A stretch of 64,000 nt of DNA from an uncultured Gammaproteobacteria bacterium (GCA_964391315.1 CAYMJR010000003.1:542-64541), one strand, 5' to 3'; counted from the stretch's first letter, positions 1-9,725 are shown. Notes: generated from the sequence alone by a model not told the origin. A program made the numbers and translations.

Positions 1-273
1 CATATCTCCTTCTTTTTGATATTTCTCCCATACTTTTTCTTTGGTTGAATCAAATGCTACAGCAATCGACGCAGCAACTGTCTTATCTGCCATACCAAAT
101 TCAATGGGTTCAAAAAACGGAGCTACTCTTCCCTGGACAAGATAACAGATCTTTTCAATCTCCTCCCCAGTTTTTACTTGCTTAAACAATTCTGAGAGAA
201 TATCAATCAAGGCAAGACGGGATGATGTGGCTTCTAACTTATCAAAATATGTAGCGAGTTCTGAAAATTGCAT
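1..273 (-). CDS. ATP-dependent DNA ligase, N-terminal fragment (gene runs off the window start)
   Basis: Not in the ORF track because there is no stop in the window. My translation from the ATG at 271-273: MQFSELATYFDKLEATSSRLALIDILSELFKQVKTGEEIEKICYLVQGRVAPFFEPIEFGMADKTVAASIAVAFDSTKEKVWEKYQKEGDM. This follows the N-terminal pattern of archaeal/eukaryal-type ATP-dependent ligases. The ATG lies 2 nt after the Fic stop. Confidence 0.6.
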   Translation of the reverse strand, partial: MQFSELATYFDKLEATSSRLALIDILSELFKQVKTGEEIEKICYLVQGRVAPFFEPIEFGMADKTVAASIAVAFDSTKEKVWEKYQKEGDM

Positions 274-275
274 GA

Positions 276-1373
276 TTACTTTCCCATCACGTACTTTGCG
301 CCTTTGGTGCTTCCTGATTTTCGTATAATACCAGCTTTCATGAGTCCCTTCAACTCATTGAGTACCGTATCTTCTGAGACCATAGGAAAAAGTGTTTTAA
401 AACCCTGATTTTGCAAATAACCTGCTTTTTGAATATATTCAATAATCTTCAACTGACGGCTGGATAACAAAATCGGCGAGCCGCCCAAACGTTCTTTTAA
501 ATGACTATCAACTGAAATCTTTTCTATTTTGTCTTTTATTTTTATCAGTTCGATTGCCAATCCTTCGGTAAAGTACGTGAGCCATTCGGTTAAATCGCCA
601 TTATTCCGGCCGACACTTTGGAGACTGTCATAATAGCGCACTGCATCGTTATCAAAATATTCCTCCAGTGAGAAAAACTTTCGGATATCATATCCTTCTT
701 TAAAAAGGATAAATGTCGAAAGAGCCCGTGCCACACGGCCATTACCATCAACAAATGGATGAATGCGTGCAAACTCATAATGCACTGTTGCAGCTTTGAG
801 AACGGGATGTATTTCTTCTGCTGTTGTTTTGTTAATAAAATCAGTCAGCTCCTGCATTTGGACAGGAACAGCAATTGCAGGTGGCGGTGTGAAGGTAATC
901 TCCCCTGTCAGGCTGTTCTTAATAACAACTTGTGTCAGACGATAGACACCGCACTTCGTGGGATCCAAAATCTTATCAACTGTCATCCGGTGAAGCGTTT
1001 GAATAAGATACTCATCCACATGAGATGCTGCATCTTTGGCATGTAATTTTTCAATCAGTTCAACTACTTTACGATAATTAATAACTTCCTGAATATCCCT
1101 CTGCCTGGCAATAATATCCTGTCCCATCATGACTTTTTCCGCTTGGTCGAAATCAAGTTCATTTCCTTCAATATGGGTTCCATGATGAACACTTCTTACC
1201 ATCGCGTCTGTCTGAAATGCTTTTTCGTAATATGGAAGAAGCGGTGCATGATCAATAACTTCTTTACAAGCCTCAATAAGACCAATATATTTAAGAATTT
1301 TGGTGGTGATGGTGTATTTGGGAGCGTACATGCAGAGGTTATTCTCGCATAATTCCCGAAAAAAGGCAATCAA
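276..1373 (-). CDS. Fic family protein (AMPylase-type fold)
   Basis: 365-aa ORF with the canonical Fic motif HPFVDGNGRVAR. The C-terminal part looks like a winged-helix domain. Confidence 0.9.
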   Translation of the reverse strand: MIAFFRELCENNLCMYAPKYTITTKILKYIGLIEACKEVIDHAPLLPYYEKAFQTDAMVRSVHHGTHIEGNELDFDQAEKVMMGQDIIARQRDIQEVINYRKVVELIEKLHAKDAASHVDEYLIQTLHRMTVDKILDPTKCGVYRLTQVVIKNSLTGEITFTPPPAIAVPVQMQELTDFINKTTAEEIHPVLKAATVHYEFARIHPFVDGNGRVARALSTFILFKEGYDIRKFFSLEEYFDNDAVRYYDSLQSVGRNNGDLTEWLTYFTEGLAIELIKIKDKIEKISVDSHLKERLGGSPILLSSRQLKIIEYIQKAGYLQNQGFKTLFPMVSEDTVLNELKGLMKAGIIRKSGSTKGAKYVMGK

Positions 1374-1374
1374 G

Positions 1375-2106
1375 TTAGTGAGGTTTCTGAATTATTGCTC
1401 CAACCGGACATTTTTCTCCATTCGGTGCTTTCTTATAAAGAGCGGTAAAAGGAATACCTAATCTTTGTAATGCTCTTTCCCGAAAATCGCTTACTGGTAA
1501 ATCCGGAAATCCATCCATAAAAGGGAGAGGAGCAAGTCCGCCCAATACAATTATTTTTCCACCTCGTCGCAATACCCTTAGCATTTCGTGAATACTTGCA
1601 TTGTATACTCCAGGCTCTCTTGACATATACTTGTGAGCAGCATAACTATCAATCAGTGTATCAAAAAATTCATCTCGAACCGATCTCAAATTATGGGCAA
1701 AACCTCGAATACCTCGAGACTCATACTTTTTTTGAGCTTTTTCAATATCTTCTGCTGAGGCAATTGGATATAATGACTTAAGTTCTCCGACTACCGTTTT
1801 TTGCTGCCATCTTGTGAATTCTTCGTCCCCCATATTTGGGTGAATTGACCAAATCTCACCTTCTATCTCTTCCATTGCTGCAGTTGTTGCCAACCCACCA
1901 GCACCAGAACCGACATCTCCGACAATTCTCTGTTTGATTTCCCTTACGAGATCAAAGTTATATTCATTTCTTGCTTCGTCACGATAATAAAGACCTTGAT
2001 AGTCATCATGTCGTAGTCCTCGAAAGGTGCCTCCCCAGAAGTGTGTACTATTTTGTTCATAAGAGGTCAACACAGAAGCTAATTGCCCATCAATCTCAGC
2101 TTTCAT
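1375..2106 (-). CDS. Putative class I SAM-dependent methyltransferase-like protein
   Basis: 243-aa ORF with a motif I-like VGDVGSGAGG and a later RRGGKIIVLG. The family is not recognised beyond the fold level. Confidence 0.45.
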   Translation of the reverse strand: MKAEIDGQLASVLTSYEQNSTHFWGGTFRGLRHDDYQGLYYRDEARNEYNFDLVREIKQRIVGDVGSGAGGLATTAAMEEIEGEIWSIHPNMGDEEFTRWQQKTVVGELKSLYPIASAEDIEKAQKKYESRGIRGFAHNLRSVRDEFFDTLIDSYAAHKYMSREPGVYNASIHEMLRVLRRGGKIIVLGGLAPLPFMDGFPDLPVSDFRERALQRLGIPFTALYKKAPNGEKCPVGAIIQKPH

Positions 2107-2233
2107 TCCGTAATACTACTATAAGATAGTATTATTTTCAAGCATCAGTTGTTTTTTGTTTGATCCCTGTGGGATGTAATCCGCGCGGTCCAAAGCCGTG
2201 AAGTGGTACATCTCTCCAGTGAAAAGACCATTG

Positions 2234-3118
2234 TTACATATTCTTTGCAACTTGGAGAAATGCTTCTTTAAGATCCTGGCGCGTTTTGCCTTCGACAATA
2301 TCCACAACTAACATCCCAAGTGGGAGAGAAACCTCTGCTTTATTTACTAAATATGAAAAGGATGCTGCTGTATAATAGCCTTCAACGGTTGCTCCGACAA
2401 GTTCCAGCGCCTTATCAACAGGATACTTAGTCAACAACGTACCAAACTGAAAATTACGGCTGGTAATACTTCCTCCCGTTAACATAAAATCCCCTATTAT
2501 CCCACTCATTGCCTTATTATCGATTTCATATCCCAAGCCACGACACAATTCATAAAATTCACCAATCGCAGTCACAATAACACGTGTCCGGGTATTCATA
2601 GCAAATCCAATTCCTTCAGCAATACCGCAGGCAATTGCATAGACATTTTTCATTGCTGCAGCGAGTTCAAGAGCTGGAATTCCTTTCACAATGTGAATAC
2701 GAAGATATGGGGTTTCGAAAAGTTCTTTTATCGCACGCGCTTCCTGCATTGTTGTATCGAAGCATCCCAGATTTACCATTGTGGGCATCTTTTCCTGAAG
2801 TTCAGTCGCAAAACTCGGACCCAAAAGTGCAAAATACGTGGTCGACGGATGCATTATTTCCTTAACAATTTCAAAAGGAAGCTTATGTGTTGATTTCTCA
2901 ATTCCTTTCGAACAATTAATAATAGTAAGGTTTTGTACGTCTATTGCAACAGAAAGCGCTTCACGAATGGCATTGGTCGGAAGAGCGAGTACTACAACAT
3001 CGCCTGCATTTAGCTCAATCTCTCCTTTTCTCAAAAAAACAACTGTATGCTGATTTTCTTTCAAAAGTGAAGCAATACTGTTCCCCCACGCACCGGCACC
3101 GATAATTTTTATTTGCAT
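2234..3118 (-). CDS. gpsA: NAD(P)H-dependent glycerol-3-phosphate dehydrogenase
   Basis: 294-aa ORF with N-terminal dinucleotide fold MQIKIIGAGAWGNSIA and GpsA-like sequence throughout. Confidence 0.85.
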   Translation of the reverse strand: MQIKIIGAGAWGNSIASLLKENQHTVVFLRKGEIELNAGDVVVLALPTNAIREALSVAIDVQNLTIINCSKGIEKSTHKLPFEIVKEIMHPSTTYFALLGPSFATELQEKMPTMVNLGCFDTTMQEARAIKELFETPYLRIHIVKGIPALELAAAMKNVYAIACGIAEGIGFAMNTRTRVIVTAIGEFYELCRGLGYEIDNKAMSGIIGDFMLTGGSITSRNFQFGTLLTKYPVDKALELVGATVEGYYTAASFSYLVNKAEVSLPLGMLVVDIVEGKTRQDLKEAFLQVAKNM

Positions 3119-3155
3119 ATAGAAGCGTCATTATAATATCCAAGAGGATATTTGT

Positions 3156-4031
3156 CTACAAAAGTGCCTTTTTCATAGTCACAGGGATTTCATTTGCCAG
3201 ATCCGAGGCGTTGAAGTAGTAACCAACTTTTTCGAATAAACTTTCCCCTGCTTTTTTATTGAAATAGGCTCCAGCTGTTGCTGCAAGCCACATATCATTT
3301 TTTGTTGCTAGTGCTGCGATAAGTCCTGCCAGAACATCTCCTGTTCCACCCTTTGTCATCCCGGCATTTCCGCCTGCAACCCGCACACATTGTTCTTGTG
3401 AACAAACAATATCTTCCTCTCCTTTCAAAACAATCGTCACATGATATTTCTTTGCCATTTCTGAAACCGTTTCTTCTGTCGCCTTGACACCAAATGTCCG
3501 CTTAAATTCAATTGAATGTGGCGTCACAATCACATTCCCTTGTAACGGAAGCAGCCACTCAGGATCCATCATCTGCAATGCCCCTGCATCAATCACCCAT
3601 TTCTTCTGTGGGTACTTTTCAAGCAAATATTTAGTCAACCAATATGATTGTGCCCCCTCGTCTTCTAGCTTATTAATTTCCTCTAAACTGTAACCAGTGG
3701 ATTTTGAATTTTGAACTTGATCCGTTCGCAGCATCCCCGGCCCTATCAATACAGTATCTGATTCATCGATATATGATTCAATATCATCACGTCTAACGAC
3801 TATCCCATTTTGGAATTCTTTCTTCGACTCTTCAACAATACGATTATTTTCTGGAACTGATGAATAAAACACCATATCAACAATACGGGACGCAATTTGC
3901 AATGCCCATAAGGACGCTGCATGAAACAGATGTGACCCTCCAATAACCATCAAACTCCCATTCTGCCCCTTGTGGGAACCGGAAGGTGGAAGATATAGTT
4001 TTTTTAGTTCGTCTGTATTAAATTGTTCCAT
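3156..4031 (-). CDS. nnrD: ADP/ATP-dependent NAD(P)H-hydrate dehydratase (YjeF C-terminal type)
   Basis: 291-aa ORF with carbohydrate-kinase/YjeF_C pattern, including GGTGDVLAGLIAAL near the C-terminus. Confidence 0.8.
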   Translation of the reverse strand: MEQFNTDELKKLYLPPSGSHKGQNGSLMVIGGSHLFHAASLWALQIASRIVDMVFYSSVPENNRIVEESKKEFQNGIVVRRDDIESYIDESDTVLIGPGMLRTDQVQNSKSTGYSLEEINKLEDEGAQSYWLTKYLLEKYPQKKWVIDAGALQMMDPEWLLPLQGNVIVTPHSIEFKRTFGVKATEETVSEMAKKYHVTIVLKGEEDIVCSQEQCVRVAGGNAGMTKGGTGDVLAGLIAALATKNDMWLAATAGAYFNKKAGESLFEKVGYYFNASDLANEIPVTMKKALL

Positions 4032-4035
4032 AAAA

Positions 4036-5085
4036 TTATTTACCTAATTCTATCATCTCGACATCCTCGAGACCAATACCTGCCACAAATTCTTCATGGG
4101 TAGTTGTAATAATCACTTGTCCTCTGCCAGTTAACGTAAAAATCTTTTGAATATTCTTACTATCAAGTTCTGAAAAGATATCATCAAGAAGCAAGAGTGG
4201 CTGAGTTTGAGTTTTGTCTTTTAGATACGAAATTTGTGCCAACTTGAGCTCAAGCGTTACCAAACGCTGTTGTCCTCGGGAAGCAAAATACCTTACATCA
4301 ACCATTTCTTTTGATTCCTCATTGTAACTCTGAATGATCACATCATCTCTATGCGGGCCGACAAGTGTTACCCCTGCTCCAACTTCCGCATCTTTATATT
4401 GTGCCAACCGTTCTTCTGAAATAACACTTTTGTCATAGGTTAATAGACACGGAAAAAATTCTTTTTGTCTGGCATTAATAGATTCGATAAACTCCTCCCG
4501 CTTGTAGGTCAAGACATTGCCTGTCCTAATCACAATTTCATCCCAATATTCAAATTGTCTGGCATTGCGGACACCTGTCTCCTGCACCTGTTCCAATAAT
4601 GCATTCCGCTGCCTCAGAGCTTTTGTATACGTTGTATGAGCAACGCGGTAGTCCATATCCACTTGCTCCAGTACCTCATCAAGAAATCTCCTTCTGCTGC
4701 CCGGCTGTCCGGACACTAGTTCGAGATCTACCGGCGTAAACAACACCGCAGTGATATGTCCCGCAAAATCCACCCGACGCCTCGCAACACTATTCACCAG
4801 ATATTTCTTTTTAAGAAACGCAGTTCCTTGATCTGCGAAAATAATTTCCAAACTATCTTCCTCTAATTCTGCTTTAATCCGGGACACCTGTTTTCCAAAC
4901 TGAATCAACTGCTTCTCCTTCTCTGCACGAAAACTCTTCCCCGTCGCTAACAAAAACAACGACTCCATAAGATTGCTCTTCCCTATCGCATTTGGACCAA
5001 TAATAACAGTCGTCATATCGCTGAACGAAAACTCTGCTTTTGTGTAGTTACGGAAATTTTGAAGAAAGAGGGATTTTACAATCAT
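4036..5085 (-). CDS. recF: DNA replication and repair protein RecF
   Basis: 349-aa ORF. N-terminus LFLQNFRNY...GPNAIGKSNLMES (Walker A); C-terminal LLLLDDIFSELD (Walker B). Confidence 0.9.
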   Translation of the reverse strand: MIVKSLFLQNFRNYTKAEFSFSDMTTVIIGPNAIGKSNLMESLFLLATGKSFRAEKEKQLIQFGKQVSRIKAELEEDSLEIIFADQGTAFLKKKYLVNSVARRRVDFAGHITAVLFTPVDLELVSGQPGSRRRFLDEVLEQVDMDYRVAHTTYTKALRQRNALLEQVQETGVRNARQFEYWDEIVIRTGNVLTYKREEFIESINARQKEFFPCLLTYDKSVISEERLAQYKDAEVGAGVTLVGPHRDDVIIQSYNEESKEMVDVRYFASRGQQRLVTLELKLAQISYLKDKTQTQPLLLLDDIFSELDSKNIQKIFTLTGRGQVIITTTHEEFVAGIGLEDVEMIELGK

Positions 5086-5110
5086 CGGATAGTACAGGAA
5101 TTATACCACC

Positions 5111-5854
5111 TTACTCAACCACAGTTCCCAAGAAGTCTTTTCCATCCAAGAAGCTCTTAACGTTTTCAAGATCTGATCCTGACATAATTGCAACTCGCAC
5201 CGCAAGTTCTTGTGCTTTCTTTGCTGCAATCGGATCAAATGGAGCATTCATTCCAGGAATCCAGTCATTGCCAACGAGTTTACGGAATTCTTGCCAATTT
5301 GCTCTGGGGATAGGTGTTGCGTCGGGGTTGGTTCGGGGGTCAGCGGTGTAGACTTGCTTAATGTTGCTCAAATTGATAATCGTTTTCACGTCATAATCTT
5401 CTCCAAGCATCACCGCACAAAAATCAGTCGACCAACCAGGCTTCCATCCTGAGGCGACAACAACTGGTTCATCTGCTTTTCTGATAACTTCATAGTGTTC
5501 GATTATTTGAGGATGTGCGATGTCTCGGAAGATGGTTCTCATGAGGTGTGCATTGAGGCGGGTTGCGTGAATTCCAAGCCAATCAAGATCTTCATTTGTT
5601 AGTTCATGACCAACAACATCACGGCCGGCATCACGATAATGTCTTGCTGTTGCGCCACCCCCTATAACCAAAAAAAACTGGCGCTTCGGATTATTCGCCA
5701 GTTGGTTGCGGATGAAGTCATTAAACTTCATGAGGAATTGCGTATCAATTCCCCCATTAGGGACAATAAGTGACCCTCCTACTGAAATAATAATTCTTTC
5801 GTGTCCGTTACTATTGCCCATAAAAATAGCACACACGTTCGCCTTGAGCGACAC
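5111..5854 (-). CDS. Amino-acid-kinase family protein, archaeal-type UMP kinase-like
   Basis: IIISVGGS, VIGGGATARHY, GWKPGWSTD and TADPRTNPDA follow the archaeal-type PyrH pattern. The true start may be the internal Met at 5821. Confidence 0.6.
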   Translation of the reverse strand: MSLKANVCAIFMGNSNGHERIIISVGGSLIVPNGGIDTQFLMKFNDFIRNQLANNPKRQFFLVIGGGATARHYRDAGRDVVGHELTNEDLDWLGIHATRLNAHLMRTIFRDIAHPQIIEHYEVIRKADEPVVVASGWKPGWSTDFCAVMLGEDYDVKTIINLSNIKQVYTADPRTNPDATPIPRANWQEFRKLVGNDWIPGMNAPFDPIAAKKAQELAVRVAIMSGSDLENVKSFLDGKDFLGTVVE

Positions 5855-5947
5855 TAGGTGCTAAAAACAAATAATACCATACCAAATTTTAAAAAACAAG
5901 TGCTGATCTAGATTGATATATTGCTGAGTCTAATAAAGTGAGAAGAT

Positions 5948-6781
5948 TTATTCTTTCTGACAGGTAGGGCAAAAAAATGTTCCTCGTCCACCCAATTGTA
6001 TCTTCTCAATAACAACTCCACATCGCGGACATGGCTTATCATTCTTTCGATATACTTGGAAGAATTTTTGATACGCTCCTTTTCCACCCAATACATCAAC
6101 ATAATGCCATTCCGATGCACCACCAACTTCTATTCCTTTCTTTAAAACCGTTTCTATAGCATCAAACAACGCTTTCTGCTCTTTCGGATCTAAACTGGAA
6201 GCAGGTCTTCTTGGGTGAATCTTCGCAAGATACAGCGCATCATTTGCATAAATATTCCCCACTCCGGCAATTTTCGTCTGATCCATAATCAAAAGCTTAA
6301 TTGGTGTTTTATACTTGCGGAGTATTGTTTGAAACTCTTTAAACGTTAAATCTTTCAAAGGCTCCTTTCCTAAACTCTTAAAAAACTGCATGTTCATAAC
6401 GTCACTTGTTGGCATCACATGAATCCACCCGAACTGCCGCATGTCACGGTAATATAAAATCGCTCCATTATCTAACTGAAAAACTACATGCGTGTATTTA
6501 TCAGGCAAATCGAAGACCTCTGTCCCATTTATCTCCATTGTCCCATTATAAAGAAGCTGTCCCGTCATCTTCACATGAATTGCCAAACTGTACCCATTAT
6601 CCAAATCAATCACCAACCCTTTTCCAAACCGTCTGACACCAACTACCTTCCCTCCTATTGCCTTCTTTGGATCACCACGAAACTGCTTCGGCAAACGGAG
6701 TACAATATCTTTGATCGTATGTCCAATGACAAACTTTTGGAGTCCCAATCGAATTGTTTCAACTTCGGGTAATTCCGGCAT
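5948..6781 (-). CDS. mutM: Formamidopyrimidine-DNA glycosylase
   Basis: N-terminal MPELPEVETI and a C-terminal zinc finger CPRCG...FFCPTCQ. Confidence 0.9.
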   Translation of the reverse strand: MPELPEVETIRLGLQKFVIGHTIKDIVLRLPKQFRGDPKKAIGGKVVGVRRFGKGLVIDLDNGYSLAIHVKMTGQLLYNGTMEINGTEVFDLPDKYTHVVFQLDNGAILYYRDMRQFGWIHVMPTSDVMNMQFFKSLGKEPLKDLTFKEFQTILRKYKTPIKLLIMDQTKIAGVGNIYANDALYLAKIHPRRPASSLDPKEQKALFDAIETVLKKGIEVGGASEWHYVDVLGGKGAYQKFFQVYRKNDKPCPRCGVVIEKIQLGGRGTFFCPTCQKE

Positions 6782-6816
6782 GGAGTAAATTGTATCATGT
6801 CTCTATCCCTCTTCTG

Positions 6817-6845
6817 TTGACAGCAAAACAAACTCGCTGTAGAAT
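6817..6845 (+). promoter_or_regulatory. Near-consensus sigma70-type promoter with no annotated downstream gene
   Basis: TTGACA (6817-6822), a 17-nt spacer, then TAGAAT (6840-6845). It points into a 324-nt gap between two minus-strand genes. Confidence 0.4.
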
Positions 6846-7105
6846 TCCATGACTATGACAGAACGACCCCTCAGCTCTTATGACCTTACTGGTATTAAGC
6901 TCTCAGAACACGTTAATAAATAACATGGAGGATTCAATCTACGTTTATCAGTAGGAGCAGAAAAACTAGGAGACTACCTAGAAATGCTTTATCATGAAGC
7001 AGCGCATAATCACGGAGTAGCTGGTTGGCCTCCCCATTCCCATCATCGACCAACTCGTCGATCTAAACAGCAGAAACCTAATAAATAGAATCTCAACAAA
7101 ACCTA

Positions 7106-7696
7106 TCAATTCTTAAGCGGCTTGCCTGCAACGACAATAAAATACTCACCCAATGGATTAAATACCTTCTTTGTTGTTAGATGCCAACCTTGGGATTTTA
7201 AAAAATCAAAGAACTCTTCCCTTTTGTATGGTTTTTTATAGGTATGCATAAAAAGCCTTCGAAACGGCGCTAATGAATTAGTTGCTAAATCTTCCAGAAT
7301 AAATTGACCGCCGGGTTTGAGAACTCTTTTTATTTCCTGCAGTGCATTTTTCCAATTCTCTATGTGATAAATCACACTAAAATCAAACACAACATCCATC
7401 GTTTCATTTTCATATGGCAATTTCATTACATCTGCTACGGCAAACGTTATCGATTTATCATGTACCCTCTTCGTTGCCAATTCAATCTGCCGCGGATCGA
7501 CATCAATTGCATAGAGATGTTTTGGGCGGAAATACTTTTTAATCAATTTCGTTCCTGTCCCATTGCCGCAGCCAAGCTCAAGAGCTACTTGATTCTGTGG
7601 GACGCTCACTCTTCCTCGCAGTGACCTGATCTCAATAAATTCCTGTGCGAGAGCACGAAGCGGACTGTTGATGACAAAATGCTCAAACTTATTCAT
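7106..7696 (-). CDS. Class I SAM-dependent methyltransferase
   Basis: 196-aa ORF with motif I ALELGCGNGTGT and post-I/II motifs (YAIDVD, LKPGGQFIL). Confidence 0.7.
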   Translation of the reverse strand: MNKFEHFVINSPLRALAQEFIEIRSLRGRVSVPQNQVALELGCGNGTGTKLIKKYFRPKHLYAIDVDPRQIELATKRVHDKSITFAVADVMKLPYENETMDVVFDFSVIYHIENWKNALQEIKRVLKPGGQFILEDLATNSLAPFRRLFMHTYKKPYKREEFFDFLKSQGWHLTTKKVFNPLGEYFIVVAGKPLKN

Positions 7697-7705
7697 ACAC
7701 TCATT

Positions 7706-8845
7706 CTACTCTTTAACAACGTTTTGGACAAATGCCTGAATTTCCTTTTTAAACCGTTCCTTCGAGAACTTCTCAGCCTGTTTTTTACATGCATCACTAC
7801 TGATTCTTGTCCGTTCAAACTTCTTAATTGCCTCAGTCAAACTATCAACAGTCAGTTGGTGAAAAAAGATACCAGTCTTCCCATCAATCACTGTCTCCCT
7901 ATACCCTCCTCCATGATAGGCAATAACTGGAGTCCCACACAGCATTGCCTCAACAGGAGTAATCCCAAAATCTTCATCTTTTGCCAATGCAAAAAATGCC
8001 TTCGCACCAGAATACAAATCTACTAACTCCTCATCAGTGACATGACCTAAGAACTCAACCTGTCCTTTTGCCATTTCCTGAAGTTTTTTATGTTCTGTAT
8101 AATATCCTGCTGGTGCACCTGCTATTTTCAGTTTGATGCCAAGTTTGAGTGCTGCTTCTACAGCTAAATCTAAACCTTTCGCTCCAACAATTCTTGAAAC
8201 GATAAAATAGTAATCGCGTTTCCTTGATTCGTGATTCGTGATTCGTGATTTTAAACCTACTGGCGGGTAAATTACTGTCGCATTCCGTCGATAAAACTTC
8301 TTAATTCTTCCTGCTACCTCCTGCGAATTGGCAATAAAATAATCCACCTTTTGCGAAGCCATGAAATCATACATCCGCATGAAATGACCAACAATCGTAC
8401 CATACAGCTTTATCGGCCAATACCGTTGCCATTCTACTGATGTGCGATACCCATACAGCCAGCGTGGTGGTGTATGACAATAGCAAATCTCCAATGGTTT
8501 ATGTCGAGTAGATAATGGCGAATGAGCAACCACGCCTTTGGTGATATACCAGGATGCGGAAGTGATAACAACATCATATTTAGAGAAATCAAAACTTTCC
8601 CAAATCCAAGGAGCAAGAAATCGCAAAGGACTATGCAGCTTTGTCGCAAAAAACGGAAGATAGTGTGCCCAGGAAGGAATAATTTTTTTGTTTTTGAAAC
8701 GCTTCCATGCCAGAGAATCTTTGCGGTAGAACGCTGTATAGATCGGTGCATCAGGATAGATCTCACACAGAGCTTCCAAAACCCGTTCCGCTCCCCCGTA
8801 CTCATTTATTTGATCATGAACTAAAGCAACACGTAAGCTCTTCAT
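7706..8845 (-). CDS. Glycosyltransferase family 4 (GT-B, retaining type)
   Basis: 379-aa ORF with C-terminal GT1/GT4 signature EDFGITPVEAMLCGTPVIA. Confidence 0.8.
   Translation of the reverse strand: MKSLRVALVHDQINEYGGAERVLEALCEIYPDAPIYTAFYRKDSLAWKRFKNKKIIPSWAHYLPFFATKLHSPLRFLAPWIWESFDFSKYDVVITSASWYITKGVVAHSPLSTRHKPLEICYCHTPPRWLYGYRTSVEWQRYWPIKLYGTIVGHFMRMYDFMASQKVDYFIANSQEVAGRIKKFYRRNATVIYPPVGLKSRITNHESRKRDYYFIVSRIVGAKGLDLAVEAALKLGIKLKIAGAPAGYYTEHKKLQEMAKGQVEFLGHVTDEELVDLYSGAKAFFALAKDEDFGITPVEAMLCGTPVIAYHGGGYRETVIDGKTGIFFHQLTVDSLTEAIKKFERTRISSDACKKQAEKFSKERFKKEIQAFVQNVVKE
8226..8250. repeat. Heptanucleotide tandem repeat (GATTCGT x3 plus partial) inside the GT4 gene
   Basis: Read directly: gattcgt gattcgt gattcgt gatt. 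It encodes ..SRITNHESR.. on the minus strand. Confidence 0.8.
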
Positions 8846-8920
8846 ACATTGTGATTATAGTACACTTCTTTCATAAAAAAATACCCTTGAAATTGAGAAA
8901 AAAAGACCTATAATTCGATT

Positions 8921-9724
8921 GTGGGTTATCGATATGAAAACGGAATTACTAAAATAGACTGGCCGGACGCACCGGGCACTACTCCTTTTACCTTAAAACC
9001 TCCCGGTGCAAAACATACTCCATACCCAAAAGATAATACCTATCATCTCTATGATAGAGCTAGCGGAGATCCTACAGATTTTCGTGTACGATTCGATCCT
9101 TCCACATCTGAGGTGATTGTAGTAGATCGAGAAGAAATACTTGTGGATAGAAGAAACTATGCTGATCTTCATAGAAGAAACTATGCTGATCCTCATAGTC
9201 TTGAAAGACTCCGAGAGTTGGCAACTGAAGATTTAGAAATAATTAATGGACAGCCACGTTTTGGAAATGACTATACCATTGTTCCAGTAGATTTTGAGGG
9301 TGATGGCAAATTTGATACAGCCTTCACTGCAACAACGATTTTTCAAAATGACTTACCAAAGAGAAAACAAAGCACCCGAATTGCTCTCAAAGATTGGCTG
9401 GGTTATGATGCTCCAGATGGTGTTGTTCGAGCATATCCTCTGATTTCTAGTCTTTCTAATAAAGAACCAATAAAAGAACAGTTTGGAATTGCTGTCCGCT
9501 ATGGTCAACTAAGAGCTTATGCAACAATTATTGACATGACAACAGGTAACCCTATCGCAGAAAACGCAACTGTTGTTGCTCATGCAACACATGAATATGG
9601 TGGCGGATCAAAATCAAATATGGCCTCTGCTGTTACAAGAAGAGGTATCGTAAGAGGCCCAGATGGTGCTCCTATGTGGTCACCACAACTTCCGACCACT
9701 CGAGGAAGAAGAACGGTAACATAA
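8921..9724 (+). CDS. Hypothetical protein (GTG start)
   Basis: 267-aa ORF with no recognisable motif. It contains an internal 8-aa duplication. Confidence 0.45.
   Translation: MGYRYENGITKIDWPDAPGTTPFTLKPPGAKHTPYPKDNTYHLYDRASGDPTDFRVRFDPSTSEVIVVDREEILVDRRNYADLHRRNYADPHSLERLRELATEDLEIINGQPRFGNDYTIVPVDFEGDGKFDTAFTATTIFQNDLPKRKQSTRIALKDWLGYDAPDGVVRAYPLISSLSNKEPIKEQFGIAVRYGQLRAYATIIDMTTGNPIAENATVVAHATHEYGGGSKSNMASAVTRRGIVRGPDGAPMWSPQLPTTRGRRTVT
9147..9194 (+). repeat. 24-bp in-frame tandem duplication
   Basis: atagaagaaactatgctgatcttc followed by atagaagaaactatgctgatcctc (1 mismatch). It encodes RRNYADLH RRNYADPH. Confidence 0.85.
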
Positions 9725-9725
9725 T

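Noticed and set aside
6930-7045. The words GAAGCAGCG and GTAGCTGG in the orphan gap resemble the 3' strand of SRP (4.5S) RNA domain IV and helix 5.
   Set aside because: I could not build the conserved domain IV. AAGCA pairs locally with TGCTT in a simple hairpin. There is no GNRA-type apical loop and no matching 5' CAGG strand. It is left as an unassigned region rather than called SRP RNA.
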